The translations under genes were made by a program, and so were the position numbers. From Massalongia carnosa (Eukaryota): a stretch of 64,000 nucleotides of DNA. Location of the stretch: NCBI GenBank assembly GCA_965645245.1, contig OZ287067.1, positions 3,038,001-3,102,000 on the forward strand, given 5' to 3'. The notes below the pieces were generated by a model. The model was given only the letters and a program-made list of their open reading frames with translations, was not told the DNA's origin and searched no databases. This document shows, in pieces, positions 1 to 13,256 of the stretch. Every line of letters starts with the position of its first letter. The stretch's first letter is position 1.

Positions 1-72
1 GCATCAAGCCTAGAGGAGGCTTCGGGACAGCGCGATTGAAGATATGTATCAAATCCCAAGTTCAAAGTATCA

Positions 73-1231
73 TCACTTACGAACAGCCTTGACCTGCCAT
101 CTCCTGTATTGAGTTAGCCAACCTTGTATCTGATTGTAAGGTGTAGAGACTACCAACCACCAGGACTGAAAGTCTTGTGTCTGTACATTAATATCTAAAT
201 CCTTGATGGTTTGGCTTGAAAGATGTGTATCATATGGTCTCTTCACAGTAGCTTCTGGATTACCCGCCTCCTTATTGCCATGTATCCCGCCTATAGGCAA
301 GCCCATTATCTCAGCGAACAGCTGGCAGATTTCGAACTTTGTGAACTTTTCTTCTGACGAGAATTGCAGTATCCTCGGCAGCTCCGATCTGGCTTCTCCC
401 ATCGTCCAATATTTGGAAGCCACGTCGAATAGCACCCGTGCTATATCTTCAGTGTTGGTTGGATATTTTTGAGCCCAGTCATCCATAATGATCTTGGAGT
501 CTTTTGTCTGTGCTTTCCACACAACGTCCATCAGAACATTGATAGTGCTTTCACTCGGTTCCTCGGCAGAACCATAGAGGACCGGCACTCTCAGCACAAT
601 ACCCAGATTTTTTTCTGAATTTTCCTCCAGCACTGCCTTCTCCCCGTCATATTTTGTTTGTCCATAAAAGTTTGGAGGGTCGGGAGTGGCATCAGCTTCA
701 TAGGGCGCGTCGCCAGGGTTGCCCGGAAACACATAGTCGGTTGAAATATAGATGAGCAGGATCGAGCGGGTAGATGTGGCTTGAGCAAGCCGCCTGGAGG
801 CATTGATGTTCAGAGAACGGGTGCCCTCTGAATCAGCATCGCACTTCTCTGGAAACCGGTTTGCTGCACCTGAGGATGGTGTTAGTAGGCAACCACAAGG
901 CAATTTGCAAGTCTGGGGAATAGATCTTGGGAATACACGCACAGTGCACTACAACCTGTGGCCTACCCACCTCATTCCCATTAGCAGGTAGAGTAAAACG
1001 AGATCAAGGAGGTTTCCCATCCGGTTGATGTTTCTAAGATAGTGCATACTTGACTTCTTCCAGAATTGATTCTGTTGCAGCTTGATCGGAAAGATCTAGC
1101 TTCAAAATGGAAGGCGGCTTTGCTCTAGATAAACCAGTGCCCACAGCCTTCCACCCTCCTCTGTCAAAGGCTTGTAGAACCTTGCGACCAAGGAGTCCAG
1201 TAGCACCCGTGACCAACACTGTGTGTGACAT
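73..1231 (-). CDS. RmlD-like NAD(P)-binding reductase (dTDP-4-dehydrorhamnose reductase / MAT2B-like), multi-exon
   Basis: VLVTGATGLLG Rossmann motif in ORF 1034-1231; YISTDYVF, YGQTKYDGE (YxxxK) and LRVPVLYG in ORF 73-942; GT-AG introns join the pieces. Confidence 0.88.
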
Positions 1232-2312
1232 GCCAACGGTATCATCAGATGTCAGGTAGCCTGTTTGAAACCAAGGTAGAAACCAGCAGGGTTAAAAGTA
1301 GCACTTCATGACCGACGAGGACTTTTTGGTTTGGTTGAGATGGGAAAGCAACCATCTTGATCAACTATATAACTTAACTAACTCACACTTACGACGAGTA
1401 GAGTAAACAAATCCATACGTATCAACCCCCAAGACGAATAACTTGTAATACCTCCTTCCTTCATTCCATCTACACAAGATGATAGCCCGAGGAGCATGCA
1501 AACAAAGCATACACACATATTACGTACATGGTATATATAAACCAGGATGCTCTCTCTTCTTCACAATCATTCGTTAAGAATGGCATGCAATGAAAAGAAA
1601 GTCTACAGATTGATACACTGTCAGTCAAGACGATGATGTCCAAAAATTCCATTCCGATCCGAAGACACAGAATAAGCGGTCATAGTATAGTTTTCAACTA
1701 GCAAAAACGCGATCTCGGACGAATCCTCACTGATACGCGTAAAGCCCTTGCACTTAGATGAGGATGGAAGAGGGTTGGGGGTTGCTCACCATAATATACC
1801 CTGGAACCACGTCCGGGTAGCAGAGGTGACAATCAACTAGCGCCACTTGGCTTTTCGAGTAACTTTACTCTGTGCCTGCTTATCATCATCCCATGCTTGT
1901 CGGATTGGTGACGAGTGGATGTCATCACGCTTGCAAACCATGTATCGCCATTCATTGAATATTCACCGGTGTTTGTTCATGTTGTACGAAAAGATTATCA
2001 CTCACAAGCAATCGAAGAGGGATTGATGTGGTATCTAAACCATGGAGTACAGAGCACTCTACTTCGTTCGGTCTAAGTGTCGTTCAGTTTGTTTCATCCT
2101 CAAAGCGGCTCGGAGCACAGGTGATAGCACCAACACTAATACTCGCTCTGGAGATCTCTTCAAGCCAGGAATATGCGATTCATTTTCCTTTCCCCACTCT
2201 CGTCGCAGTTGGTTCTGCGTCTGTTTAAAATTTTGCTATCTGTTTGTGAATCTCGATCATTTTTTGCATTTACTTTGCATATCCTATAACGGAAGATTTT
2301 GGACTTGAGACA

Positions 2313-3150
2313 ATGTACATGGATTTTCGACTGATGGTTCTGATGTTAGGCTCTTCTACTTATGGCTTGCCCATCTTGTGGGATAAAACAAGCATCGCAA
2401 ATCTCCAAGGAGATTATTATCCTAGCCTTCCGAGTATTAAGCAATCTCATCTGAACTTGAACAAGCGGTTGAGCTTAGATTTAATCCCTTCTCGGCTGCA
2501 GGTATAGTCATGTCTATCGTGTATGATTAAGCCAATGTGCACAAGCTGAGCAGACGCAGGAAAGAAAACTCGAGAAGAAAGACTATATTGATACCCTTCT
2601 TGGACCAGAAAGCGCAGTAAGCGATATTTTCGATCAGACAGACGACAGCTTCGTCATTGCAGGAAACCTTAAAAGCGACGGCGAAGTAACACAAGAGGAA
2701 TTGGAGCGTGCACAGCAGATGATTGATTCGCAAAGCTTCACCTTTGGGAGCCCAACTTATCCATCTCCAAAGCCGCCGACTGCACCACCAGCAGAGAAGC
2801 CAATCCCACAAGTGAACAACGCCCACAACAGAAAAGCAAACCCTTCGCAGCCAGAAACCGCTCCACCGCCCGAAGGCGAAAGCCCAGAAGCCTTCCCCTC
2901 TAACAAACCGTCAGGAGCCCCACTGAGCGGGGTTGCGGACCCCCAGACCACGAAGCCAACCCCACCGCCTCAGAATGAGCCGATTTGGCGGCAAAAGCAA
3001 CCGTCTGACGATCCCCAGCCGTACCAACAGATCCAACCGGCGGAGTTGTTCAAGGTCTATCATAGCGACGGCACTACGTGTAAGATCAAGCACGATTCAA
3101 AGTCCGACCCGTCCGCGGACGGGAGAGATGGATTTAACTGTTCTCAATAG
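2313..3150 (+). CDS. Hypothetical Pro-rich protein, probably spliced; start uncertain
   Basis: Frame open from about 2530 (AEQTQERKLEKKDYID...) to the stop at 3150; putative donor CAG|GTATAG near 2502; no recognisable domain. Confidence 0.4.
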
Positions 3151-3246
3151 TTTAAACTCGGAGCGATAATCGCCCTTAACGACAAATAGTATCATGGTCG
3201 TTTACGTACACGCTAAGACGCTTCGAGTTATGAACACGAGTAATTA

Positions 3247-5188
3247 ATCGTGCTAGACCACTTTCGGAATGCAGAGAGCACCCCTTAGTGCTTACCGGCT
3301 CAAAGACGCTACCGGCTCAAAGACGCATTTTCAACATTTTACACCTCAACTTCGACACGTCAACAATCAACAACATAATGGTCAATTCATATTCAGCTAT
3401 CGAGGATCGAATTGACAGTGCAATTGACGCGTTACATGATGGTTTGTATACTAATTGTCGAGCTGCAGCTATAGCTTTTGACGTTGCCCCTCGTACGGTT
3501 CAAAAACGATGGAATGGAGGCAACTCCAAAAGCAGTCGACCTAGTACCAACAAAGCTCTGACGGATGAGCAAGAACAAGCTGTTCGTGACTACATCGAGC
3601 GATTGGACAAGGCCAACATGTGTGCGCGACCCAAATTGATCGTGGGGGCTGCAAATTATCTGATTCGTTTTGAGAATCGTACTCTTGGTCATCAGTGGCT
3701 GAAGCGATTTCTTGATCGAAATCCCGAGCTTCATGTACGAAAACAGAAGCCTCTCGCAGTCGATCGAAAAAATAGTCACGACGTTAACGATATGGTTGAA
3801 TATTTCAGCAAATTAGAAAGGGTGATGAGGGAAAAGGGAATAACGGAGCTGGATGTATGGAATATGGACGAAACAGGCTTTCGAATTGGATGCGGACGAG
3901 CTCAAATAGTAATCACCTTGGACCCACGAAAGCCTCTTCGTATGACTGATCCGGATAATCGTGACTACATTACTTCTGTAGAGTGTATCAGCTCGGCCGG
4001 TGACGTTATTCCACCATTACTTATTCTTTCGGGTATTCATATTCTTCATAAATGGTGTCAACACAACGATCTCGACGGAGAGACGTTGATTGGGACCAGC
4101 GAGACCGGCTATTCAAATGACGATTTAGCCATGGATTGGCTTCGTCATTTCATCGAGCATACACGGACTAAAAGACGTGGAGCTTGGCTACTTCTAGTCA
4201 TCGACGGGTTTGGGTCTCATTCAACCATTCCGTTTTTGAAGCTGGCCACTGAAAATCAGATCGTTCTATTTCGTCTTCCAGCACATTCTACTCATTTGAC
4301 TCAGCCGTTAGATGTAGGTGTTTTTCAGCCGTACAAACACTATCATGCTGAGGCCATTGATCATGCGATACGAATGGGAGACACGGAATTTGGAAAATTG
4401 GAATTTTTAGCCGCATTCCAGGAATTTCGCAACAAGACATTCAAATCATCTACTATTCGTCATGCATTCAGGACCACCGGCATCGTCCCATTCAATCCGA
4501 ACATGGTACTCGACGTCATTCGTCAGAAGCAAGCTGCAGCCTTGGAAATTAGGAATGAACCCCGCACCCCGAGCCCCCTACCTCTTCAATTTCATGAGCG
4601 CACCCCTCGAGGCCCCGAATCAATCAGAAAATTCGGTCACAAATTGCAAAGGGCATTGACCGCGGCCGGGCCGATCGGTGGATGGATGGATAAAAAAACA
4701 GTGGACGGTTTTCAGAAATTTATTAGGGCCTCCATCACCTCCGCCAACACCCTAGATTTGACTACGCGGGACCTTCAGCAAGTGCAAAAAGCCACCACAT
4801 CGCGTAAAAGTCGGGCCGCTCTCGGGGGTCAGGTAGCTGCAAAGGGTGGAGTCATAAAAGTCAGTCAATGTAGAGAATTATGTTCAATTCGTCAAAAAAA
4901 AGAGGAAGAAAAGGCTAGACGAAAGGAACAAAGGGAGGCTAATAAGGGGAAAAAGGCCTCATCAACCCAGTTAGACAACGTCCGATTTTTACTAGGGCAG
5001 GGCCTGTTAGTAGAACAGACTGAGCAGTAGATTTTAAACCCGAAATGAAGCTATTTGGACGTCTTTTCATGAAGGTCTGATTTTTTTAATGTTGAGGTGT
5101 TGAAAAATGCGTCTTTGAGCCGGTAGCGTCTTTGAGCCGGTAAGCACTAAGGGGTGCTCTCTGCATTCCGAAAGTGGTCTAGCACGAT
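3247..5188 (+). mobile_element. pogo/Fot1-family DNA transposon, apparently intact
   Basis: ~90-bp TIRs (ATCGTGCTAGACCACTTTCGGAATGCAGAGAGCACCCC...), each with a doubled ACCGGCTCAAAGACGC; TA on both flanks (3245-3246, 5189-5190). Confidence 0.93.
3378..5030 (+). CDS. pogo/Fot1 transposase (HTH CENP-B + DDE_1)
   Basis: WNMDETGF, LLVIDGFGSH and HLTQPLDVGVF motifs; uninterrupted ORF from ATG 3378. Confidence 0.95.
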   Translation: MVNSYSAIEDRIDSAIDALHDGLYTNCRAAAIAFDVAPRTVQKRWNGGNSKSSRPSTNKALTDEQEQAVRDYIERLDKANMCARPKLIVGAANYLIRFENRTLGHQWLKRFLDRNPELHVRKQKPLAVDRKNSHDVNDMVEYFSKLERVMREKGITELDVWNMDETGFRIGCGRAQIVITLDPRKPLRMTDPDNRDYITSVECISSAGDVIPPLLILSGIHILHKWCQHNDLDGETLIGTSETGYSNDDLAMDWLRHFIEHTRTKRRGAWLLLVIDGFGSHSTIPFLKLATENQIVLFRLPAHSTHLTQPLDVGVFQPYKHYHAEAIDHAIRMGDTEFGKLEFLAAFQEFRNKTFKSSTIRHAFRTTGIVPFNPNMVLDVIRQKQAAALEIRNEPRTPSPLPLQFHERTPRGPESIRKFGHKLQRALTAAGPIGGWMDKKTVDGFQKFIRASITSANTLDLTTRDLQQVQKATTSRKSRAALGGQVAAKGGVIKVSQCRELCSIRQKKEEEKARRKEQREANKGKKASSTQLDNVRFLLGQGLLVEQTEQ

Positions 5189-5393
5189 TAGTATGAATCT
5201 TTCAAAAAAGCTTGCGCACCTTAGAGATGGAGTCTGAAGATTTCCGTACTCCTCAATAATCATCTCGTAAAACTCTCCTCCATAAATAAAAAAACCCCAA
5301 CTTCCCGATCGATTATGATTACTCTTTCTTGATAAAATTCCAAGATTCTGTCTGCATAAAGCGCCGTGAACCCCCCCAACCAAACACGATTTC

Positions 5394-8300
5394 TCATAGC
5401 TCATCATCATCCTCCAGCAACTCCTCTAGCAAAGAGTTCTGAACTTCTGCTGTCCTCACGTTACTCTCTGACGCGCCTGTTCCCGCGTCACCCTCACCCA
5501 CAGCGTCATCCATTTTCACGTTCGCGGCGTCTGCTTTCGCCGGACTGTCTCTCGCGCCTGGTTCCCCGCCCGAGCCAACGTCCACAACGGTCTCTTCCTC
5601 GAGAGTTCTCTTTGGCTTGCCCGCTTCGCCGATGACCTTGGTCAAGGCTGCGTGCAGCTTGCTGAGCCCGGTGCGGGACGCGGCGTCGTTCGCGATCCTC
5701 ATGTCGATGGCTTCGACGACGAGCTCACGAGCGGTTTGGAGCTTTTCCTGCGTCGAATTGGCGGATATATAGAGCTTGCCGAGTAAGGGAAGGACGGCCT
5801 TCTTCTCTTCTCCTTCGCAAAGGGTAAGCGGATGTGTCTGAAAACCGATAGCGTGGAACTTACTTGTACAGCCGTGGCCCATCGCTTTTTCGAGCAGATT
5901 CTCTGCCATGCCAAGATGGATATCACCATTCACGGCCTTCACTTCCTTTCTCCCGGCTTCATCCCAGGTCACCGATCCTTCCTCTTGCACGACGAGCTTC
6001 CTTGCATCCGTCCAGTCCACCAGCATGTTCCCCACAACCCCTATACCAACCATTTCTTCTTCCTCATCAAGTTCCTCTACAAAGCCAATGACCGCATGAA
6101 TGACGGCTTGGGCTACTAAAGCCATGCTTTCCATATTTTCCCTCCGGCTATGGCAGTAGACGGGCAGGAAATAACTCAAAGCCTGCCTAACAGCAGCGTT
6201 CTCCTTAGTGGCTGGGTCAAAATAACAAACAACGATATGTTTGAGGAGATCTTCGTCTTTCAATACGCCTGTTAGCATCAACTTGCAAAGCGCAATTGTT
6301 GCAGCTGATTGGACGTCCGGTGCATGCGTTGCTTTCAGAGCCTTGTTGAAGATCTTTAATATGGACTTTTGAAGAGCAAGATCGGAGTTTTGTGAGGACA
6401 AGAGAGAAGGATGTGTGGTCAAGATGTCACAGAGAACGTGAATGGCAATTACTTGGAGCGATTCATGGCCTTTGTTATAACAGTGCAAGAATAGCGTTAA
6501 ATTTTCTTCAGCAAGATTCTGTGCCCGGACTTGTTAGTGAGAATAGTAACATTGAAGATGGAAAATCCATACCTTATCAAGTAGACAACACAGCCCTAAG
6601 CAGAGCAAGCCTCGTTCCCGGATAGGGGCTTCGTGACTCCTGACCGCTGGGACGACTAGGTTATTGAGCATAGTAACAAGATGCAGATTTTGCTGAAGAT
6701 TGCCCTCGACGTTTTGAAGCATACATTGAGCAATATGTAAGCATTTCATGTTGACCATAATCTCTCTGATGGCTTTCGCTTCATCTTCTTCGCCATCATC
6801 GATACCTCGTGCATTGGCCTGCTTCTTGTTATTCTTTGTGGGCGTAGTATCAGTAATCTCTGATTGTGCTGAATGGAAACTTTCGTCTTCATTCTCGGCC
6901 ACTGGTTCATCCACCGATATAGTATCATGGACTTCGGCGACCGCTTCCAGGACAACCCCACAGAATTCTCTTTCCCCAGAAGCCTCGATGCCACAAACGT
7001 CCCGGAGCACATCCACAACAAGCTTTGTAATGTCATCAGGCAATTCTGCTATGGCCAAGGTCTCCCGTAGTAGGGAGAACATTTTCCGTCGGCCAACTTC
7101 GTCGCTGTAATCCAACGTCTTAGCAATCTGCAGCAGCTGTTCGACAACGAATTCCTGTTCCACGGTATCGTCCTCTTCACCTTCCTCTCTACTCGCATTG
7201 GAACGAAGAAGGGCAACCAAGCTGTTCGTATAACTTTGAAGAAAGAAAGCAAGCTTCGTTACCTCTGGCATCTTTTCCTCAATCAGAGTCTCGAAAACTG
7301 CATCGCCTTCTTGCCTACAAAATTCATTGAAGCTCCTGGCCATGAAGACGCTTTCGGGTGTTAAGTGATCCCAGAAAGGATCCTCGAAGCTGACCTCATC
7401 CCTATAATCAGGTCTTCCGGTCCAAAATTCCTTCATAGCTTCAAGAGCAACTCCATTTTCCACAGCGGAGTTCACGACGTCAATGCGCTCGAGTAGTTCG
7501 AGAAGCCCATCAACGTTTACAGCTATTGCTTCTCCTGGAGAACCTTCCGAACTTGCCCGTGGGCCTGCACAATCGTCAATCCAACGTTCACGAAAGAGCC
7601 TTGCGGTGGCTTTGCGGACGTTCTCGTCACGATCACGTAAACCCCACCGAAGTAGTTTCTCTCTCATAGATAATGATAGATGTCGAAAGTCTCCTAGGGC
7701 TGGTAGGAGCCGTGAATATAGCGCTCTGCGAGTTGCTGGATCTAAATCGCGTGCACGTTCTAATAGATAAGGTAACGTGCTTGGAGTTAAAGGAAGGTTA
7801 AGGAGCAGAGAGCGGCGGACTTCAGCGCTAGGGTCGTTTTGAAGAATCTCGAGCAGCTTCTCGAGTAGCCCACTTGCAACTTCATCATCGCTGTCAGGAT
7901 TTTCTGGGTTTAGGTCATCTTCATTACCAGCAAGTCGTCCTAAGCCAAGGACAGCTTGAACTCGGATCATAGGCTCTTTATCTCTCACCCGTTTCAATAG
8001 TCCAGTTTTTAGTAAATGAAAGTACTCGTCATCGATCGAGTCAAGAGAGTTAATGATATGGGCGACTAACTGAGTCGACCGATAGCGTACAGTCTTTTCT
8101 TTCGACGCAAGCAATGGAAGTGAAATGGATAGGATATGCGACGTAAGTCGTGTACTGGGAGTGTCCGGAAACGATTGAGTCTCCTCGACATCGCTTTCTG
8201 GGACGAGCGCCGCATCTAGGAGTTATCAGCATCTCCACGTTATATGAACCCCTCATAGGTGGTTCCCCTCCCACCTTTCTCGCTGGCATGTTGGAGGAAG

Positions 8301-8689
8301 AGCCCCAAATATTTGACTACTCGGTCTCCAACTCCTTCACTTCTCTTCACGCCCATAAGGCGAATCACACAGCGCGCTACTTCCACATTGAAGTCATCTT
8401 CCCCGAACTCATTTCGACCTTGATTCCCGTTAGATTCGTAGCAGCAAGCCTCTTGAATTTTCCTTAAGCCGACCACAAGCTTTCGATGTCCTGCTGTTGT
8501 CCTTTGTGCATCGCCGAATATACTGCAAATGCGCGTGCGCAGCGTTGATGTCGGGCCTTCATCTGGGACAACTATGGTAGGCGACGAAATGCGCGATGGA
8601 GCTGATTTTCGTGACGCGAGAGTTTGCGCAGATGACTTGCGCGAGATACGGGAGGTAGCAGAGTTACGAGCTGTTGTCTTTCCTGGCAT
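5394..8689 (-). CDS. ycg1: Condensin non-SMC HEAT subunit Ycg1/Cnd3 (NCAPG), multi-exon
   Basis: HEAT-repeat motifs RVRDKEPMIRVQAV, LQNDPSAEVRR, LERARDLD, GLRDRDENVR, RQALSYFLPVY across ORFs 8240-8713, 6534-8114 and 5394-6488; ATG at 8689 (MPGKTTAR). Confidence 0.92.
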
Positions 8690-8935
8690 ATCTTCTGGCA
8701 GGATAGGGATCAAAGAGGTTCGGGTTGGCTAAGATTTAGCTGGGAACGATTTATTGAAAATAAACAAACAAACAAAACGGTTGCTCTATGTAAAATAGGT
8801 ACAAGGTACATACATAGCCGAGGCTAGCGTTTGTGAGTTTCCGCCGCCGCCCGCAAGCCCCGCCAACACCCTTATTCCACTTAATCAGCTTTAGTTGATC
8901 ATCGTTGTTTCGTGCCGCACCCTTCCTCTGATTGA

Positions 8936-10133
8936 ATGATGCTTTTACGCAACGTGCGCCGATTTTCTTCTATGTCATTTAGAGCGGCGGAGTTAGCCTC
9001 AAACGTCAATGTCTACAACGAATATAGAGTTCAATTAGCTAAAATACAAGGACATGTGAACGGGCTGGTCGGAGGTAAAATCCTTGAGGTTTACAACTAA
9101 ATATCCATATGCTAAGAAAGATGATGCTATTTCAGCTATTGGCAACACCCCTCTCATTCGATTACAAAAGCTTTCTGAAGAAACAGGCTGTGAAATTCTC
9201 GGCAAAGCCGAATTCCAGAACCCTGGGGGTAGCGTCAAAGATCGAGCGGCACTTTATGTTGTCAAAGATGCCGAAGAAAAGGGCCAGCTAAGAAGAGGGG
9301 GCACCGTTGTGGAAGGTACAGCTGGGAATACCGGAATTGGTCTTGCCCATGTCTGCCGGTCCAAGGGCTATCGACTGGTCATTTATATGCCAAATACACA
9401 GTCGCAGGGAAAGGTCGATCTTTTAAGGCTGTTAGGTGCTGAGGTCTTCCCTGTCCCAGCGGTTCCTTTTGAGAACCCCGAGAACTACAATCATCAGGCG
9501 AAGAGGCATGCGGAGAAGTTAGACAATGCGGTGTGGACAAATCAGTTCGATAATATTGCAAATAGGAGAGCGCATTTAGAAACCACAGGGCCTGAGATCT
9601 GGTATCAGACTGGTGGCAAAATTGATGCATTTACCTGTGCAACAGGAACCGCAGGAACCTTGGCGGGCGTGACGAGATATCTGAAGGATGTATCTGGGGG
9701 GAAAGTAAAATCCTATTTAGCAGACCCACCGGGCAGTGTGCTTCATTCGTACATCACCAGTGGAGGAAAGTTGACAGAACGCAGGGGCTCCAGTATCACC
9801 GAAGGTATTGGTCAGGGACGAATAACTGACAACTTAAAGCCGGACATTGACCTTATCGATGGAGCCTTGCACATCAGCGATGAGAAAAGTATTGAAATGG
9901 TTTATCGATGTCTCGATGAAGAGGGGCTTTACTTGGGCGCTAGCTCGTGTCTAAATGTGGTGGCCGCCAAAGAGGTGGCTGAAAAGTTAGGAAGGGGGCA
10001 TACAGTAGTGACTGTTCTCTGTGATGGTGCTTACCGATACGCGGAAAGGCTCTTCTCCAGGAAATGGCTGCAGGAGAAAAATCTCCTTGGCGCAATATCG
10101 TCACATTTGGAAAGATATATAGTCTTGCCGTAG
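8936..10133 (+). CDS. cysB: Cysteine synthase (PLP-dependent) with mitochondrial-type presequence; intron 9075-9135
   Basis: [17 protein letters not shown]-lysine motif, [18 protein letters not shown]; exon 1 [12 protein letters not shown]...NGLVG splices in frame to AIGNTPL. Confidence 0.92.
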
Positions 10134-10452
10134 CTACAGAATGCAAGAGTCTGGATGAAACATTTCCCAACCGATGCACGGGAAATTTGGAGGACTACTC
10201 ACTGCGGAAACAGCTTCTCCTCCAAGCGGACAGTTGGTTTCTAATGAGCGGGCGTTTCCCAAAGGCTTCTTTGCTCAATCTACAGGAAGAGAACCATGCC
10301 CAGAAAATTCTTGGAAAGAGCGATGAACTGCGCGTATGCGACATCATCCAAACCTCGAAGCCATGGTCGGACTTGACCACACCCCAGCACCATCATAAAA
10401 AATACTTGGTCATTTTTCTATCAGTAACAAAATTATTATTCATTCGTTCAAA

Positions 10453-11172
10453 ATGCGAGAGATATTATATCCCAGAAATATGACGCTGATGGATCTTCAT
10501 CGTCTTACCTTAAAAAGCATTTGGACCGACTTCCCTAACTTCCACCAGCCCTGCTCTCATCTGCGCCCCGTTCTCCTTGTCCCTCCATTCGCGCAACCCC
10601 GAGTGAAACGTCTCTCTCGAACTCCGCCAAAGCCGAAAGAGTCGAAAGGCCTCCTTTCGCTTCCACCCTCAGTCATCCATCGTATCGCCTCCTTCCTGAT
10701 CCCCAACACCACTTGTATTTGCCCGAACCCGCAGTATCCCCCCGTCTATGCCGCCAACGTCATCTCCTTCGCCCTGGCAAATGTCTACCTTCTGCTAGTT
10801 CTGCAGACCCGCAGAGTGCTGCCACGCGGGTTTCTGATCAGGAAGGAGCTGCCGCCGAAGCGAAACTTGCTGTTTGGTTGCCTGTGCCGGGAGCACCGAG
10901 ACGCCCAGGAAGGGCAGGAGAAGGGCGGACGGGAAAGAGACCAGCAGAAGAAAGAACCGCAGGAAGCCGAGCCACAGAAACCGGCCACCCCGCACGACGA
11001 GAAGCGAATCAGCCATCAAGCAGAAGCAAGAACGCAGGAGACAGCACAAAGGCCCTCCGCTGCAGCACTGGCGAGACTCTTCGACACCTTCCGGGCACTG
11101 GACCAGCGGAAAACGCGAATGGACCTTCGCGCCCAAGCCGTCGCTGCTGGGCGAAGAAAGCGAAGATGGTAA
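10453..11172 (+). CDS. Hypothetical protein with weak F-box-like segment
   Basis: 239-aa ATG ORF; LLSLPPSVIHRIASFL resembles an F-box start. Confidence 0.45.
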   Translation: MREILYPRNMTLMDLHRLTLKSIWTDFPNFHQPCSHLRPVLLVPPFAQPRVKRLSRTPPKPKESKGLLSLPPSVIHRIASFLIPNTTCICPNPQYPPVYAANVISFALANVYLLLVLQTRRVLPRGFLIRKELPPKRNLLFGCLCREHRDAQEGQEKGGRERDQQKKEPQEAEPQKPATPHDEKRISHQAEARTQETAQRPSAAALARLFDTFRALDQRKTRMDLRAQAVAAGRRKRRW

Positions 11173-11837
11173 AAAAGGGGGGCGGGGCGAGGTTAGCAGG
11201 GAAGAGATACTTGTTTGTTGTTGGTGGGCAGACCCTGGATAGAGTGGAATGGGAAGAAGGGTTTCCTTCTGGTATCCGGGGCCCGGTGAGATTGCTTAGG
11301 TAGTTATGTATATATGGGCGCATTCGGGCAGGGCTGACATTAGTAATGTATTCTTATTATACATATTCCGTACGTATAAATTCCATTCCATTTAGGTTGT
11401 GGGAAAAGTGTGCGGGGATTTTTTACATTTTCTTCTTCTTCCTTTTCGACGATCTTGGTCTTCGACGGTCTTGGTATCTAGTGATTGCTTGCTTGCTTAA
11501 TTGATTAATACACAGTCAGTGTTTTCCAAATCCGCGTTATCGTCTATCTTTTGTTCATTCATCTTACCCATACCCCTTATCCCTATATCTATACCTATCA
11601 AATTTCACCTTCTTCATCCCTATATTTCTTTTCGGGCTTCCCTTTTTGGACCTACGTATCATATTATAGGTATCACATTTTGTACATACACATTCCTATC
11701 CTCGTATGCTCGTAGGCTAGGTATCTCATCTCATTTCCCTCAATTCCACTCAATCCAGTTCCATCCCATCATATCCCCCCACTTCTCTGCACAGATCTAT
11801 ATATAATATATATACCTATAAATTTCTTACTTGGCTA

Positions 11838-13174
11838 CAGTACTAGGCCAAAAGTCTGCGGCCCCGCACCCCACCAACATTTCAATCATTCTATTCAATC
11901 AACAATCAACCACGTCACGATTGCTGAAATGTCTTGAAACTTTACATAATGATTACATACATACTAAACAAGAATTCCCCCAAAAATTGATTTTTAATAT
12001 TTAGTATACCATCCTTCCGACGCTATACACGCTTTTATCCTCCTATTCATGCTCTCTATTAACCTCCTCATCATTTTCACATCTATCAACGTCCAGGCTT
12101 CTTCTAACGCTTTCCAAAGTACCTCACGAACAGTTTCATCACTGCCGATCACCAAATCTATGTTCGGGTTGACTTGATAGACGAGCTTTTTGAGCACATA
12201 CCAAACGTGCTCGATGGGATTTAAATCAGGTGAATAGGGGGGCCAATCGATGACCTCTATGCCATTCTCATTGAACCATTCCATCACCTTTTTAGCCTTA
12301 TGTATAGGTGCGTTATCCTGCATGAAAATGAGGCCCGGTTGCCAAATTCCAAGCAGATTATCGTTCAATAATTCCATATATGAGTTCGTCGAGTACCCCA
12401 TCTTCTTCGCAGCAAAATCACGAGCCAATTTGTAAAGATCTGACCTGTCATCTCCCCAAAAAGCTGCCCACACCATGACACTGACTCCTTTGCCTTTGGG
12501 GACAGGTTGTATCATCTCTTTAATCCATTTTTCTTTCGGCAATCTGAACACCCACTGACGCTGTTTTCCTGACCCCTTTTCCACCGAGCACTCATCTGAC
12601 CATATAACTCTTGACCACTGCTCAAAAGTCCACTCACGCCGCAGCAATCACCAATCCAATCGTTTCTTGGCCACCTCAGGCGTCAATAAAGGTCGTTTTT
12701 TAGCCACCCAGTTGGTTAAACCATACAGTTTGAGTGCCCGATAAATAGTCGTACGACTGCAGCCGAGCCCCACTTCTAGTTTGATTTGTGCATAAGTGAT
12801 TCGTGGATTGATTCGTGCATGCTTGATGATATAACGTCGATCGCGTTCTGACAGCACTTCAGGCTGTCCAGAACGTGATTTAGACACGCCGTCGTTGCGA
12901 ATTGAGTGCTTCTGAATGGTGCTCTGCACGGTCGATTTAGTGAAACTAAGAGTCTTCCCAATCTCGGTCGGTGTGTGCCCCAACGCCTGGGCCCCAACAA
13001 TCATACCACGTTGATATGGCGTCAATTCAGTGTTACGAGGCCGATTACCACTTATGGGGGTCAAAGAAGCACGAAGCATGGTGAAATGATGAGGTGGAAG
13101 ATGGGGGTTGATGAGTTGAAAACGCGAAATCACGAAAATTACGGGTTGGGCCGCAGACTTTTGGCACGGGACTG
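11838..13174 (-). mobile_element. Tc1/mariner (DD34E) transposon
   Basis: 27-bp imperfect TIRs CAGTACTAGGCCAAAAGTCTGCGGCCC / CAGTCCCGTGCCAAAAGTCTGCGGCCC; TA at 11836-11837 and 13175-13176. Confidence 0.92.
11994..13079 (-). pseudogene. Tc1-type DD34E transposase with one in-frame stop (12648-12650)
   Basis: N-terminal HTH, VIWSDE, FMQDNAPIH and WPPYSPDLNPIE (34 residues between D and E); LDW*LLRREW in the same frame. Confidence 0.9.
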
Positions 13175-13194
13175 TACCTATTTACTTGCCTACT

Positions 13195-13256
13195 GGATTG
13201 ATTTAATTGATTGATTGACTGACTGACTGACGAACTGATAGATAGATAGATAGACT
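13195..13256. repeat. Compound tetranucleotide microsatellite (GATT/GACT/GATA)
   Basis: Read directly from the sequence. Confidence 0.8.

Noticed and set aside
9084..9135. ORF-track N-terminus of cysteine synthase (MRFTTKYP...)
   Set aside because: It lies in the intron 9075-9135; the real exon 1 starts at 8936
10713..11323. Overlapping alternative ORFs
   Set aside because: GC-rich shadow frames of the 10453-11172 ORF with no motifs
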